Origin: Lingula anatina
Lineage: Eukaryota; Animalia; Brachiopoda
Direction of reading: 5' to 3'
Assembly (NCBI GenBank): GCA_051362555.1
Contig: CM120644.1
Coordinates: 25,442,534 to 25,506,533 of the forward strand
Length of the DNA stretch: 64,000 nucleotides
The notes below the pieces were generated by a model. It did not search any database. It worked only from the letters and a program-made list of their open reading frames with translations, and had not been told where the DNA came from. Of this stretch, positions 10,843 through 24,740 are shown piece by piece (position 1 is the stretch's first letter; every line of letters begins with the position of its first letter). The position numbers and the translations under genes are program-made.

Positions 10843-13169
10843 CTACTTCCTTTCCTCCCTCCCTCCCTCTCCTATATAACAAGTGCACTACAGTCTGTAA
10901 TACAGCCCTAGATTTTTTCTGTTTCACTATTTCGTCATATTTAAAATTGATTTAAAATTTGGTTGCCAAAGCGATGCGTCGTAGGGCAATTGAATATGTT
11001 TAAGAACACCATTGGTGAGTCTATAGAAATCAACACATCTTGATCAGAGTTTATGGCATGATATTCTTGCTGTAGATCATGCTTTATTTTATCACCTGAA
11101 ATCTTGTAGTTCTGCCTTTGTATTCATTATCTAATATACACCCATTGCTATTGGTACGTGCACAGTGATTTCTTGTATATGCCATGCAGTACGATATGGC
11201 TGCACGCTCCATTATTGTATAACCGTCAAGTAAGCACTACCGTGAGCGGTTTGGCTTCATCATATGCGGATTGCACGAACATTTTGTAGAACACGCATGT
11301 CGGTATTGTAATTGGATGTGAAATAACAACCTTTTACTTGGAGTCACTGGGTTCATTTTAGCGCACTGCTATCACAGAAAAAAAAAAACGAATTCGATTC
11401 CACAGAAAAACTGACGATTTTCTTTGTTTTCCAAATACGTTCTTGACAGCGAAACATTGCATTTTATTGATTGATTTGTTTGAAAGTCAAAGTATTAGAT
11501 AGTTGTAAGAACGTGACCGTTGGCGATAGTACTAGCAAACATCATGCTTATCATGAGTGATTAGTGCAATCTGTCATTCAATGTGTGTAATTAGTCATTT
11601 GTGATTAAACACAGTGTGTGGTGCATACATTCTGATCACGTCAACGTCCGACACACTTGTTGTTCACCAAATATTTGCCAAACGAATCTTTATTTTTCTT
11701 TTGAATTTCTGGGTGGTTTTGTTTTGTTTGTTTGGCAAAACGACAGTTTCGAAATTGTTCACCCAATAATTGCCAAACGAAGCTTTATATATTTTACTTT
11801 TGATTTTCTGAGTGGTTTTGTTCCGTTTGTTGCTAAAACGACACTTTCGAAATTTTTTCACTCAACAATTGCCAAACAAATATTTATTTCACTTTTGCTT
11901 TTCTGAGTGGTTTTTGTTCCGTTGTGGTAAAACGACAGCTTCGAAAATCAGCATGAACGACTTACTTTTACGAGAGGTGTAGAATTTTTGTGATTTTTTG
12001 TATGTTCATTGATGATGTTCGCCCCCTAAATGCCAAACCGTATTTTTGTTTTACATCAAATTTGCTGAGTGGTTTATTATGCTAATAAGACAGGCTTCTG
12101 TGAACATCAATTTTCGAATAACTTTAACGAAAGTAATCGATTTTGCACCTATTTTGCTTTACTTCTGTTCCAAAGTGCGAAAGGATATTTTTATTTGACT
12201 TCAATTTTGCAGTTTGTTGTTAAGGCAGGCTTCTTTGGATAATAGGCACAATCATCTTTACAAACGTTGTTGACTAAAACGTATTCTACGAAAGAAATCA
12301 TGTTTTATAGTTTTAATTGACTATTTAAATATATGGATAAAAGGTATCGAATTTGAGAAATAAATATGGATAATTTGATATCAGAATAGAATGAATTGAA
12401 AGTGTCGAAAGGCCCTTGTTACCAAGAAATTCTCGTTATATCTGGTGCATTTGCACTTTCCTGTCCCCTCGCTTAAAATTGGAAAAGAAAATATCAATTT
12501 TATCTCTACCCTTACATGTCTGCTAGTTAACATGAACTCCCGTTCTTGGAAACTCCCCGGAAACTGCTGACATCTGAGGTTTTTAACCATCTTTCATTCT
12601 GTCTGAACAACTGTGACACGTTGTCTGAAACGTTCCTGCATGTTGTTCATCATTTTGACCGTCCTTATGACACGTTGTCTCCGCGTTCCTGCATGTTGGA
12701 AATCATTATGACACGTTTTCTACAACGTTCTCCGCCTGCGTTCATCATTTGTCGTCCATCGTGAAATTGAAGCTTTCTGATGCGTTGCTGCGCCAGAACA
12801 ATGAGGGCTGCTTTTTTGATGCGTTGCTGCGCCAGAACAATGAGGGCTGCTCCAACGACTTTTCGGTTAGAGCTACTGACGTGAGCAGATTGAGTCGGTC
12901 ACTGTTCTATACTGACCCGGTGTAACGAAACTGAGGCTCCGTGTAACAGAAAGTCCGCCCTCCATATATTTATAATGGTTAGAGTTAGATTGACCTAAGT
13001 GGGTCAAAATCTAGGGCGAGGCTTACCTGTACAAATGACTGGGAAGCGGACTCTCTGTTATGGGGGACTCTCCGTCACGTTACAATCAGGGGTGGCAATT
13101 CTGTCCGTTACCCTATGTGTATCACCCCACCCTTCATACTGGCGGATGCGGGGGTGGGGGGTGGGGGGG

Positions 13170-13200
<31 letters not shown>

Positions 13201-14271
13201 CTGTGTGTGTGTGTGTTTTGGGGGGGATCGGGGAGTTGAAAAGCTACCTTTACCCATCATGCACCTCTCGCCCGCCGGTACCACCCAACTCCTGCCGCCA
13301 TTTAATGGTTCCACCAAATGATACAAAGTGGTCCACGTTGATTATTTTACATACTGTAGATGATTCCCCGGACTGGCGAGTTGTTTTTTTACCTGATATT
13401 TGGTAAAGAACTGCCATTACTGTGTTGGTGAGGACGGTGTGTAGTTCTTCAATGGGATAGAAGACATAATCGACATGTATTCTTAGGGTACATCTACCGC
13501 GGGCATCCACACCAGATGTCTTTTACTTTCGACCACATGGGCGTTGTCAGTGCCCGCATCGAGTGAATACATTTCATACAACATATATACGACAATAATA
13601 GTGATTTTGACTGAATAATATTCTATCAAATATGTTTAATATTTTTATATATGAATAATAAACATCTAATAACAAAACTCAATAAGACAGTATTTTTTAT
13701 AAATTCACTTTGTATACAAAATATGACTTTGTATAAAACAATTAAAGCGACTGACATAGCACCATTGTTTTCACCATGCTTTTACGATGGATATCACAAA
13801 ATGAGCAATATGTATAATAAATTACAGGTGAAACGCAAATACAGAACTAATCGTGCATAATAACAATAGGCATATATGTACTGGATTTTTCTCAAATACG
13901 GCAATGATTGAAAAAAACATTTATGTACCTTGTTTTCCTAGTAGCAGTTCCATTTATTGAATTAAAATGTTATTCAATATTTTCTCCGATACGTTTAGAA
14001 ATGAAAAGTTGATCATTTCACACCCGAAGCCTAAAAGCGAAAGTAGGCCGCCTGTAGCCCGACCTCTTCCAAACAATACACCATCATTGAGCTTGAAATT
14101 CCATATAGCCAAGAATTATCATTTGCACTTCTTTTGCGCAAGTGAAAGTCCTTCGCACCAGAATAGGACTATTCCGCCATGTGATCCACGCCCTTTCCTG
14201 CTTACTTTGGCTTGAGTTTGCTACAGCCGGGTTAACCAACCCTTCCCGCAGATCACGCTATCATGTTATCC

Positions 14272-15468
14272 CTATAGAGACTCTATAAGTTCGTGTGGAA
14301 CACGGAGGTTATTACTGGACGACCTGTCTGTGTTCAGGGCTGACAGTGCCACAGGGGGGTCTGACCGCGTGTTTCCAACTGTCACCAACAGCCACCAGAT
14401 GTGGCTTAAACACCGGCAGCAGCGTCTCTTAAAGCGCTCGAAGCCAGCGCGGACGTCTCGCACCCTCATGATGTAGATGGCCGGATCACAGACTGAGTTG
14501 AGCAGCAAGACGTCATGAAGGTATTCCCCCGCGATGAGTAAGGTAGGCACAGACTCGCTGTCTATTAGCCCCTGCTTGGCTCGTATCAGCATAACGAGCT
14601 CAAACATAGTCAGCGGCATCCAGCACACGAAGAAGGTGCCGAAGATGAGCAAGGTGGTTCGTATAGCCTTGCGGTTGTTACGATACGTGTGCTGCAGAGG
14701 CCAACAGTGACCTTGAGAATGAAACAGGGTGTCGTCTTCACGTGCAAACGACCTGTGCACCTTCATCTGATGAAATATCCTCCCGTACAGGTACGCCATC
14801 ACAACGAAACAAACGAACGCTATCGCGAACATTATCTGTTGGGAATGGAAATGGTTAAAAATGGTGTGCTGACAGTAATTATCTGTGGTGTCGTCCTTTA
14901 CGTGGTAGTCCACCAAGCCAATGAGCAGGTCTGAGTACCCCACCAGGAACGAGAACAGCCAGAATATCCCCAGCATCCACTTGGCGTGCGTGGTGGTGAT
15001 GGAGGTCCGGTATCTCAGGGGTTTCTTGATGGCCAGAAAGTGGATGATGGCCATCCCAAACAGGTTGAGGAGTGATATAACGTTAGCGGTACAGATGAGG
15101 CCGCGGACCACCAGCCAAGAGCACATGGCGTAGACACTGGTCAGTATCGGAGGGTTCACCACGCGGCTCACGATGTGGAGGAGCGTGCTGAGACTGACGA
15201 AGATATCAGAGAAGCCAAGACTGACGAAAAACAGGAGTCGCGGGTTAAGGCGCTTCTTCACGTGCGCTATACCTATTAAGCCCGTGGAGTTGAAGATGAA
15301 GGAGAGAAAGCACAGAATAAGAGCAATTATTTTGTACGGTTTTTGTGCCAGGAGCTGAAATCTATAGTTGATGTCATAGTAATCAAAATTCATGTAATCC
15401 GTTATATTGCCGAATTCTGTGTCGTTCCAAAATCCGACCAGATATATCTCGTCCTCCTCATACGCCAT
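14272..15468 (-). CDS. Class A (rhodopsin-like) GPCR, intronless CDS, 398 aa, orphan
   Basis: Seven hydrophobic segments. N-terminal NDT/NIT sequons, TM2 SLGFSD, TM3 NLFGMAIIHFLAIKKPLRY, TM6 FFVCWMP, TM7 NSVCDPAIY, C-terminal RRCCRC. Probable 5'UTR acceptor (ttctttctttcag) at 15626-15627; AATAAA on minus at 13958-13953. Confidence 0.9.
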   Translation of the reverse strand: MAYEEDEIYLVGFWNDTEFGNITDYMNFDYYDINYRFQLLAQKPYKIIALILCFLSFIFNSTGLIGIAHVKKRLNPRLLFFVSLGFSDIFVSLSTLLHIVSRVVNPPILTSVYAMCSWLVVRGLICTANVISLLNLFGMAIIHFLAIKKPLRYRTSITTTHAKWMLGIFWLFSFLVGYSDLLIGLVDYHVKDDTTDNYCQHTIFNHFHSQQIMFAIAFVCFVVMAYLYGRIFHQMKVHRSFAREDDTLFHSQGHCWPLQHTYRNNRKAIRTTLLIFGTFFVCWMPLTMFELVMLIRAKQGLIDSESVPTLLIAGEYLHDVLLLNSVCDPAIYIMRVRDVRAGFERFKRRCCRCLSHIWWLLVTVGNTRSDPPVALSALNTDRSSSNNLRVPHELIESL

Positions 15469-15929
15469 TGAAACGCCAATAGTTGTCTTGTCCGATCGAA
15501 GTAAGGTTAAACCGTCCTCTATTCCATCGTGTTGACCTCACTTCATTTTGTTAACTATTGAATACATTGGCTCTTGGCCACTGATGTCAGGCTGTGAGCT
15601 ACTACTGCTAAATTTGAAATTCGCTCTGAAAGAAAGAACGTTTTACAATCACGCTTTCATTGCTCTAGCTACACAGTTCCATTTTCTAGAGAGACAACGC
15701 GGGTCCTCCATAGATATAATCACTTGTTTTTGAGTGTCTGCTTTCTTCTTCCCACAAAATCGAGAAACGAAACACGCAGTCTTAAAATCAGTGGTATGTT
15801 TCTATTCTTCTTAATTTTTCTCCAGCGACGAAGGTACACAAGAGTAGTAACCCCATGGAGCGTAGACATGGACTTCGTATTTTAGATATTTTGTCCAGTA
15901 TGCTAGGAACTGTAATAAATTATTGTTGT

Positions 15930-16079
15930 TTAATTATGAGGGAGCCGTGGTTAACGCCAGCCTGAAGAGTTCAACTGAGAATTACTTGTTGCAGACTATC
16001 AATGATTAATTATGAGGGAGACGTGGTTAACGCCAGCCTGAAGAGTTCAACTGAGAATTACTTGTTGCAGACTATCAAA
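15930..16079. repeat. ~76-bp direct duplication
   Basis: ttaattatgagggagmcgtggttaacgccagcctgaagagttcaactgagaattacttgttgcagactatcaa occurs twice. Confidence 0.85.
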
Positions 16080-17421
16080 TTTACTGTGGTGCACAAGACT
16101 GATTTGATCCTGGTAATTACTGTTAGTTTTTCCTCTGTAGGTGACAGAATATGTGACGCTGTACCATGTCTGTCTTATAAGTTGAGCAAACTCACTGTTT
16201 TATTCTTATATTCCGAGCTCGTCATCGCTGTCTGTGAAGAACCGCACTCTACTCCAGGGGCAGTGGCACAGTTGACATTTATGAAATATGAAATAAAACA
16301 TCCCAGTATATTGTAGTGATGGTCGATATGGTCGTACTTCTGTTTAGAGTAGGCAGGGCACATACAAGAGTAATGTCTGTGTTTTCTATCCCGAGTGGTG
16401 CTTACCAATAGACCAATCAGACACTTGCCTGGCTTCTCAGGTTGTCCAGCCGGTAGTTGTCACCCGAGGTCCTTGAGCACACTGAAAATACAGGGACGCA
16501 GTCAGAGATATATATACAGAAATGTAACAATAACAGTTCAAAGATAACGTGTTATTAACGTACAGAACACCACATATCAAATCAGTTCCACGAAAAGTAC
16601 AGTGTAATCATGGGGAAAGTTTATACAACAATGAGATTGGTGTCTTAAGTATGAATAAAATTGGGCTTGCAAGGTGTTCCTTTGACGTGTGGTTGCTTCC
16701 ATATACTGCAATAACTGCCATTAAATAGACTCTACTAAGAATACCTCCGCCTCCAGAATGTAAGGAACAATGTCCCCGATCTCTGTGGCTGTATCTAATG
16801 AGAAAAAAAAAAAAACGCGGTCTCGATATCTACATTCTAAATCATTAATTCAAATTGAAAACATGCATCCCCTCAAACCTGTTGTTTAACAGTGATTTTC
16901 TTAGAAGAAATATGACTATAAAACTGAGAAGACTCTGTCAAATGTCACACCAAATTAATGCACAAATAGCATCGTCAGGGGTGTACGTGTGCACCGTGTA
17001 TAGTCCCTGAGTTGAAGAGATAGCGTGACAAGCACTGACGCTGTACTATCAACATGACACTAATATCATGGCGCATTACACCAAGAATCAATGCGATGGA
17101 AACTGCATATACACATCTACTTGCATATCAATCTTTTTTTCTGTCTCGCAAAAGATCTTTTGGTCAATTGACCTCATTCCCTTTCAGAATGAAATGTGGA
17201 TAATTTTGTAGAGTCAGGAAAACAGAAAAATCAAACTTAATAGGATTGGAAGCTTTCTTTGAAAGAAATATAATCAAGTTTATGGAATAAAAGAAAATTC
17301 AACTTGGTTATCGAAGCCATGCAATGCACGTTAAAACTTAAAGTGGAAGTATTTATGTACAAATTCTACATTTATCTCCTCATCACCTAGGTGCACCGTC
17401 TCTCATCTTAACATCAGATTT

Positions 17422-18248
17422 TGTGACACAGGATCCGGTGTCCGCATGGTACTAAAGATTCCCTGTGACACAGGATCCAGTGTCTGGTAGTTATAGCGAC
17501 CTCTGTGACACAGGATCCGGTGTCTGTTACTAATAAAGCCCCTGTGACACAGGATCCGGTGTCTGTTTCTAATAAAGCCCCTGTGACACAGGATCCGGTG
17601 TCTGTTACTAATAAAGCCCCTGTGACACAGGATCCGGTGTCTGTTACTAATAAAGCCCCTGTGACACAGGATCCGGTGTCTGTTTCTAATAAAGCCCCTG
17701 TGACACAGGATCCGGTGTCTGTTACTAATAAGCCCATGTGACACAGAATCCGGTGTCTGTTACTAATAAAGCCCATGTGACACAGGATCCGGTGTCTGTT
17801 ACTAATAAAGCCCATGAGACACAGGATCCGGCCTCTGTTACTAATAAAGCCCCTGTAACACAGGATACGGTGTCTGTTACTAATAAAGCCCCTGTGACAC
17901 AGGGTCCGGTGTCTGTTACTAATAAAACCCCTGCGACACAGGGTCCGGTGTCTGTTACTAATAAAACCCCTGCGACACAGGATCCGGTGTCGGTTTCTAA
18001 TAAAGTCTCTGTGACACAGGATCCGTTGTCTGTTACTAATAAAACCTCTGCGACACAGGATCCGGTGTCTGTTTCTAATAAAGCCCCTGTGACACATGAT
18101 CCGGTGTCTGTTACTAATAAAGCCCCTGTGACACAGGATCCGTTGTATGTTTCTAATAAAGCCCCTGTGAAACAGGATCCGGTGTCTGGTAGCAAAGAGT
18201 ACCATATGACACAGGATCCAGTGCCCGGAACTGCAGATTCCCCTGTGA
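17422..18248. repeat. 39-bp minisatellite, ~21 copies
   Basis: ccctgtgacacaggatccggtgtctgttactaataaagc units, more diverged at both ends. Confidence 0.95.
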
Positions 18249-20393
18249 TGCAGAAACCAGATAAATTTAATTGTACAAAACATGTACAGCCCTTTCTAAA
18301 TGTCGATCTGGGTATATCTTCCATACACTAATCTTACTGTTAGAGTTGGAATTTCAGTTGATTAAAACCAGGAGATTTTGTACCAAATTCTGTAAGTGCT
18401 ACATAATTAAGCCTCTTTGTCAAGTGCTAAGAATGCGAGGGACACGCAGGCTGTATCGCGTGCAATAAAAAAAAAACTTATTTACACAAACCGTATCTCC
18501 CGTGCTATATCCTCTCAGCGTCATTAAGCAGTTAAGCACCTGTTTCCCGCTAAAACAATCACCTGCTTACTGCGCTCATGAATCAATCGCTGCAGGGAAC
18601 GCAGCATTATTGAGAGAGATGCACACGTGAAGGGACAGATATCTATGTGGTGTCTGAGTAGTCCCACTGGATTTTATGATGTTCTTGTCAAGATGGCGAG
18701 AGCAACGTTATCATGCTGTGGGCGCTGGTTTGTTTGGTTACGAAGTGATAGAGAATAATTAGGTATTATATCATTGAAAAATGACAACGTTAAATCACAG
18801 TATTCAGTAATTTTTGCAATCAGAATGTCCAAACTCTGGCATCAATGTTTAAAATAAACGTTAAGGTAATTGTTGAGCTACGGTCTAAGAGAATCACCAT
18901 TGAAAACATTAACTCCTGTTCCAATTTCGACACAAAACGCAAAACGCTGTAAGAACCCCACAACAGCTCATAAGCCCCAGGGGACATTAAGTAATACAGT
19001 AAAACCACATTCTTTGTGACTCGGCAAAGCAAACATTACAGATAAAACCAACAAGAACAGTTTTTGTTTGCTGTGTAGCTGCCAACGTTACCCACTTAAT
19101 TACTAAAGCAATTTGGTCCTAAAATATAGCAACACAGATATAGGTCCTACACATAAAGTGCGGTCTAAATGAAGGTTTCTAAGATTATTTTTAGATCATG
19201 TTTTGTAGATAATTTCGGTAACGTGATAATTCAACTCCTCCATGTATTAGTGTTGTCATTTAACTCGGCTTGAACAATGGCAATATTCCCGGTTTAATCT
19301 GGTTGTACCCTACAATAAACAATGCCCATGTTCTCTCTACTGTGGTATGTTCCATGAAGGCTTTTAATGCAGCTGTGAACGCTGTGAAGTGTAACTACGA
19401 TGTAAACAATGGACCACAAACAGGGGGGGGGGTTATGGCGGATCCAAAGAACTGTCCATTTGACCGGAAAATCTCTTCTCCTACTCAAGCCTTGAACTCG
19501 GCTGCGTGCCCTTCCTCAAGTTGGTCAGCTTAAAGTGTAAAGACATACACTTAAGAAAAAAAAACTAACTGAATGTGCGGTTACACAGGTTGATCTTGGG
19601 TTTATACAAACGACTAGTAACAGTATATTTCGATTTTTCAACTAATGATTAAAGTAGTAACAAAGCATATAGCATTCCCCATGCGGTCTTGAACCGTTTT
19701 TACAATTAAAGCTTATAGCGTTCAAATGCTCGGACTTTACAAAACAGAGACCACGCAGTATCACAGAATATTTAAAATCTGAAAGAGAATGGTCATGTTA
19801 TAACCAGTTGCCATGGTAACCACCACTATAGGCTTTATACCTGAGAAATAGTGATTATAACATAATTCAAAACGTCTTGCGATCAAGCTATTATCAAGAT
19901 TATTAATATCGTGACCGTGTATCTCGTTTAGAAATGTTTTGGACAGCAACGCGTGGCCATGGAAAAACGAGCAGCTTATTAAATATGATAAACGCTGGCT
20001 GAGAACGTGCAGTAACATCACCACTTTATGCCCTCCCTCCCTCCCTCCCTCTTCTCTTCTCTCTCTCTCTCTCTCAATATCTAATTTTAATGTTTCTGTA
20101 ATCACAAGGAATTCCATCCCAACGTTTCGAACATATCAATCTTAAACAGGTCTTGCAGATCAATTTCCTGACCTATTTGTACAGACGCCGGCTTGAGCTG
20201 TTAGTAGCGGTGGCAGATACCTGTGCTTGTCACGCCACGGAGACAGAGAGGGACAGAGAGGGACACAGTGACCAAGACAGGGACGTATGAGCGTTTGTTC
20301 CACGCCTTCTTACCATTGAAAGGAACCAGATTGCAGTAGAATTGCTGTCGCGTTTAGGTGATACCTGCACACTGCGTGGAAATTATGATTTTA

Positions 20394-20765
20394 AGGGATA
20401 ATAACTCTTCGTATGAAATCTATATTTCACAATAAAAACATTGTAAACAACCCAAGGAAATATAAAATATTATATTTCACCACCGAAAATGGCATTTCAA
20501 GCAAATGTTCTGAAATCTATACTCGTCCCCGACCATGTGACCTACATAGATGTCTATAGTCTGTTATAATCTCTTAAGAAATTATTACAAAAAAGTTAAC
20601 TTTCTACAAAAAAAAAAAAAAAATAAAATAAAATAAAATAAAAAAGGACTAAATTTGAATGTACAAATGGATTCATTAACCATTGGTAAGAATGGGAAAA
20701 TTGTTGTTCACCCCAGGAAAATTCATTTTTTGGCCAAAATGAACAGTTGTTGTCCTATTATCCCT
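20394..20765. mobile_element. Possible non-autonomous TTAA-flanked element (Kolobok-like)
   Basis: Short TIR agggataata ... tattatccct, flanked by ttta and ttaa; non-coding interior. Confidence 0.35.
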
Positions 20766-21180
20766 TTAAGATTAAGTCCAGAACTGTCACGTGCTCCAAG
20801 GTCTAGAGGCCAGACTCATCTCGTCTTTACCACGATCATCACGTTAATTAGATTATGTAGTGATTTCAATAACATACAACAATTTCCGCTCAATTTATAT
20901 CATCAATCTTACGATTATTATCCGCGATATTTTATATGAGAATATCATTTCAGTTGGGGAATGAATAACTACAGACTATAGCACGGTTTACCTGTACTTT
21001 CTCCGGAAGTTTCTTCTTTTCTTTCTTTACGTGCTACTTGGCAGTGTACTTGGTGTCCAGTGAAAGCTGCAGTTCATTCGTACCTTTATTTCAACAAGCG
21101 TGTTACAAAACATCATCGTGTAATTGTCTGCTTTAACAGAATACCAACTTTGCAGTCTTCGCGAATCTTGAAAGGTTTAC

Positions 21181-21460
21181 AAGACAGATTATAGGCCATT
21201 ATTCAATGCTGCAAGATATAAGCTTTAGTTCTTATATGGCGGTTCATGGCAAATGATTTCTGTATTTGCTTCAGAGCCACTATAAGTAGACAGATTTTAT
21301 AGACCATTATTAAATGGGCTGCAAGATACAAACTTTAGTTCTTATATGGCGGTTTGTGCTCGAAATGATTTCTGTATTTACTCCAGAATCACTATAAGTA
21401 GTCAGATTATATAGACGATTATTCAACGGGCTGCAAGATACAAACTTTAGTTCTTATATG
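21181..21460. repeat. ~110-bp degenerate tandem repeat; third copy interrupted by the transposon
   Basis: gctgcaagata..ctttagttcttatatggcggtt recurs. The third copy is split at atg and resumes at 27159. Confidence 0.8.
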
Positions 21461-22773
21461 TAGTCCATGAGCCAAATTGAAAAAAGGCCTTATTTAAGGA
21501 TTTGGCTGCACCCCCCGTCAGGCAAAGGTTTTATGATTGATTCTTGTAGTTTAGAACCTGAATTTTTCATTTCTGCTTGTTTCCGGCTTGAAAAAGTGTC
21601 CGTTTGTACCGGAAACAGGCCAAATCCAAGATGGCCGCCAGTAAATTCATGTGTCAACTGTAAATACAAAAATTGATTTAAAAGTTACTTAACAACTTAA
21701 TATCAAAATTTGCACTGATCACAAGTACTTTGGCCTTCTTTGATTTTTCAGGCACTTTACATTTTTCAAGATGGCGACTGAATCCAAGATGGCGGCCATT
21801 TTCCTTACTTTTTGTGAAAAAATACAAATACCTAAATTTGAATTTTTTTTTATTAACCAAAAATTAGGAATATGTTACATGTTTTGATGTATTTGAATAA
21901 GTTGAAGTCTATATTTTTAATTTTTACCAGATAATTTATCACAAAATTGTACATTTGAACACAGATGGCTCTAATCCAAGATGGCCCCCACATAAAATGG
22001 GCTATTTGTTTTGATATGTCAACAAGAGTTTCTCAGTATAAAACATCTCAGACTACTTAATGGAGGATTTATTGCACAGGTCATGGTATGATATGTATGA
22101 CTGAATAATTTAAATTGTTTTGAGATTTTGTTCAGGGTATAAAAATCCAAAATGGCCGCCAATTTCTGGATTCAAAACATACATTATTTTGATTTGCATG
22201 TTAAAAAACATTAAATTGAATAATTAGCAAATTAAAAATATTTATTTTTAGATAAATTTATCTGTATTGCAATCTCATTTTGCTTCTTGGACACTTTATT
22301 CTGTAAAAAAAGTGGTTAATTTTTCTTCATTTATCATGATTCCAAGTTTGCCATTGATAAAAATGAACTGCACGCTACCCGTATGGACAATACCATATGT
22401 TATGAGCCTTACGTAAAAGGCTATTTCTGAGCTTTATTGTTGAAGTATGGAATGGAATAAATAACTGAATGATTCAAAATGCTTTTAGGCTTGTAGTTTA
22501 GGGTTGAAAAGTCCAAAATGGCCGTCAATTTCTGGATTCAAAACAAACGACATTTTGATTTGCATGTTGAAAAGCATCAAATTGAATGATGGGCAAATGA
22601 TTAAAGACTATATTTTGATAAACTGCAGTGTCCTTTTACCGTTTAGAATCTTATTTTTCCAAAAAGTAATTATCTAAGCTCCAATCATCAAAAAAATCCA
22701 AGATGGCCACCAACAAAAATGAATTTTAGGTAAACATGGATGAAAACACACTGTTGAGTCGTAATTTTATACA

Positions 22774-22828
<55 letters not shown>

Positions 22829-23389
22829 TTGTGCTTAATAAGGTTGAGTGCATCTCAAATGCTTTGCCGTTTTCTTGAACAGAAATTGATGCATAACACA
22901 CAAGGGACAGCAATTTTTTTCAGCAGCAACTATATAGGTTAGTAAAATGACAATTTTCAATATTGCAGACAAAATGCATGCCCAAAATGCCCTAACAAGA
23001 GTGACGTACATCATTTACAACTTAAGGATCAATAGTTTGTTATATGGGGGGGGGGGGGGGGGCTGTAAAATTTAATTTTCATATGATAGCACTTCTATTG
23101 TTACATTTCAAATGGACTTGGGTTACTGGTACATTTCTTGTTGAAATTTCCCTGTCAAGCTTGACGAAAGAGCCAGGATCTCAGTCAAAAAAGGGACTTA
23201 CTAGTAGTAGTGATAAGATTTCTCACATTCTGCTAGGTGTTGATCGTAAAGAAGAATCAGAATTATCCTAATCTCAAGCAACCAAAAGGTAAAATCTTTA
23301 ATTTATCTGAAAAAAAGGGATGGATAACATGCAGCTGTAGCATTATTCTATATGTATAAATCCGGGAAGCAATCACAATCATAAACTAA

Positions 23390-23615
23390 GGGTGCTTTCC
23401 CAGAGATTTAGATCGATCTAGAGATTAAGATTTAGATCGACCTAACTCCCTGGGGGTTCACGCTAAATTGCAGCCAGCCTAGCGGGCACCATAGTTAATT
23501 ACCCCCTTACAGCTTTTAGTAGGCGGGACAGACGCTTAAGCCGGCCAAGCTGACAGTAATCTAGTGAGACTCCCCACAGGGATAGATCGATCTAAAAATC
23601 TATGGAAATGGGGTG
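23390..23615. mobile_element. MITE nested in the long-TIR element, related to the 28016 and 33344 copies
   Basis: Shares tagatcgatcta, cgctaaattgc, aattacccc and agtaggcg motifs with those copies; flanked by TAA. Confidence 0.5.
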
Positions 23616-24169
23616 TAAGACCAGCAAAGAAGTTGCAAGAAAATGTCTGGATCTCCAAGAACATCTTTTGTCTCTTTAGAGAACAGTGCTGGATAATAAT
23701 ACATTCAGGGAACTCATGAAGTGGTGCTGCAAAGTGAAGTACATTGATGGTGAATGATGTGTGGCACATGTAAGTGACGATGAAGGAGTTCAAGCACAAC
23801 ATGACAGATGATGTTTATGATACAATGTATATATAGGTGCAGGTAATTCTTGCACTTCACGGATAGGTACTGCTCAATCTGCTCAATATGTTCCATGAAT
23901 TCTTTTAAAATCCAACATTATTCTGTTGAGAGAAAAAATATTTGGAGATCCAAACATTGGAGAAACACTTAATAAACTAATTAACAAATAGATCACCACC
24001 AAAATCTACTTACTTTTAGCCTAAAAAATGACCTATCCTGAACACTTCATTTAAGTCTATCCTGAAATTTTTGAGTTAGGCTGATAACAATCTGAGAAAC
24101 CATAACAAATGGACAAGCGAAGGTGAAAATGTGACCTTCTCGGAAGAGGTAATAAAGCATGCATACTAA

Positions 24170-24740
24170 GCTCCCGCATACATGTGTGTATATGGATCAG
24201 AGACCTGAACACAGGGCAAGAGGCTCACTCTCTTAAAACAAAGGTGTTTGCACACAACCTTTGGCATCATCAGGCAAGCCAGAGTAACTATTACAGAAGT
24301 TTTAAACAGGCATTTCTGTGCTAAAGAAGACTAAGTTGACTTGGACATGTGAACTAGATGAATGTTGCATAGCAAAATCCCAAAACAGCTGTCACCTGTA
24401 CTATTTGACCAATTGGTTTTGGGTAGCAATCTCAGAGGAAGACCATGGTTGAGACTTAAGGACTGAAACTTGCAAAAGCAGCCTGTTTAATTCCACACAG
24501 TGACACTGGCAAAGGAGTAAACATTATCTAGAGCAAAGTAGAATAAATCTAATTGTCTCTCAAAGAAAGACTAAAAGAGGTCAACAACTCGCTACAACAA
24601 AATGAACAGACTTTGAAGCAAAATCACCATGAAATACTGACATAAACCCTGTAACACCTCCCTTGCTTGTAGATTCTAACACAGAACTTGCTTATAAAAC
24701 ATGGAAAAGATGAGCCATGAAAGAATCCGACGTTAGAAGA
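24170..24740 (+). mobile_element. Highly decayed RTE-type LINE remnant nested in the long-TIR element
   Basis: Fragments VYGSET*T, LGHV and RGRPWLRLKD appear in the expected order for an RTE ORF C-terminus. Confidence 0.45.

Noticed and set aside
13088-13422. Possible hAT-type MITE (caggggtggcaattct ... agaactgccattactg)
   Set aside because: The TIR match is imperfect and I found no 8-bp TSD.
17403-18331. ORFs of 197-289 aa resembling mucin-like repeat proteins
   Set aside because: They are translations of a 39-bp minisatellite open in several frames on both strands, with no splice or signal context.
21467-21860. Duplicated small ORFs also seen at 26765-27159
   Set aside because: They are chance ORFs within the two arms of the transposon TIR.
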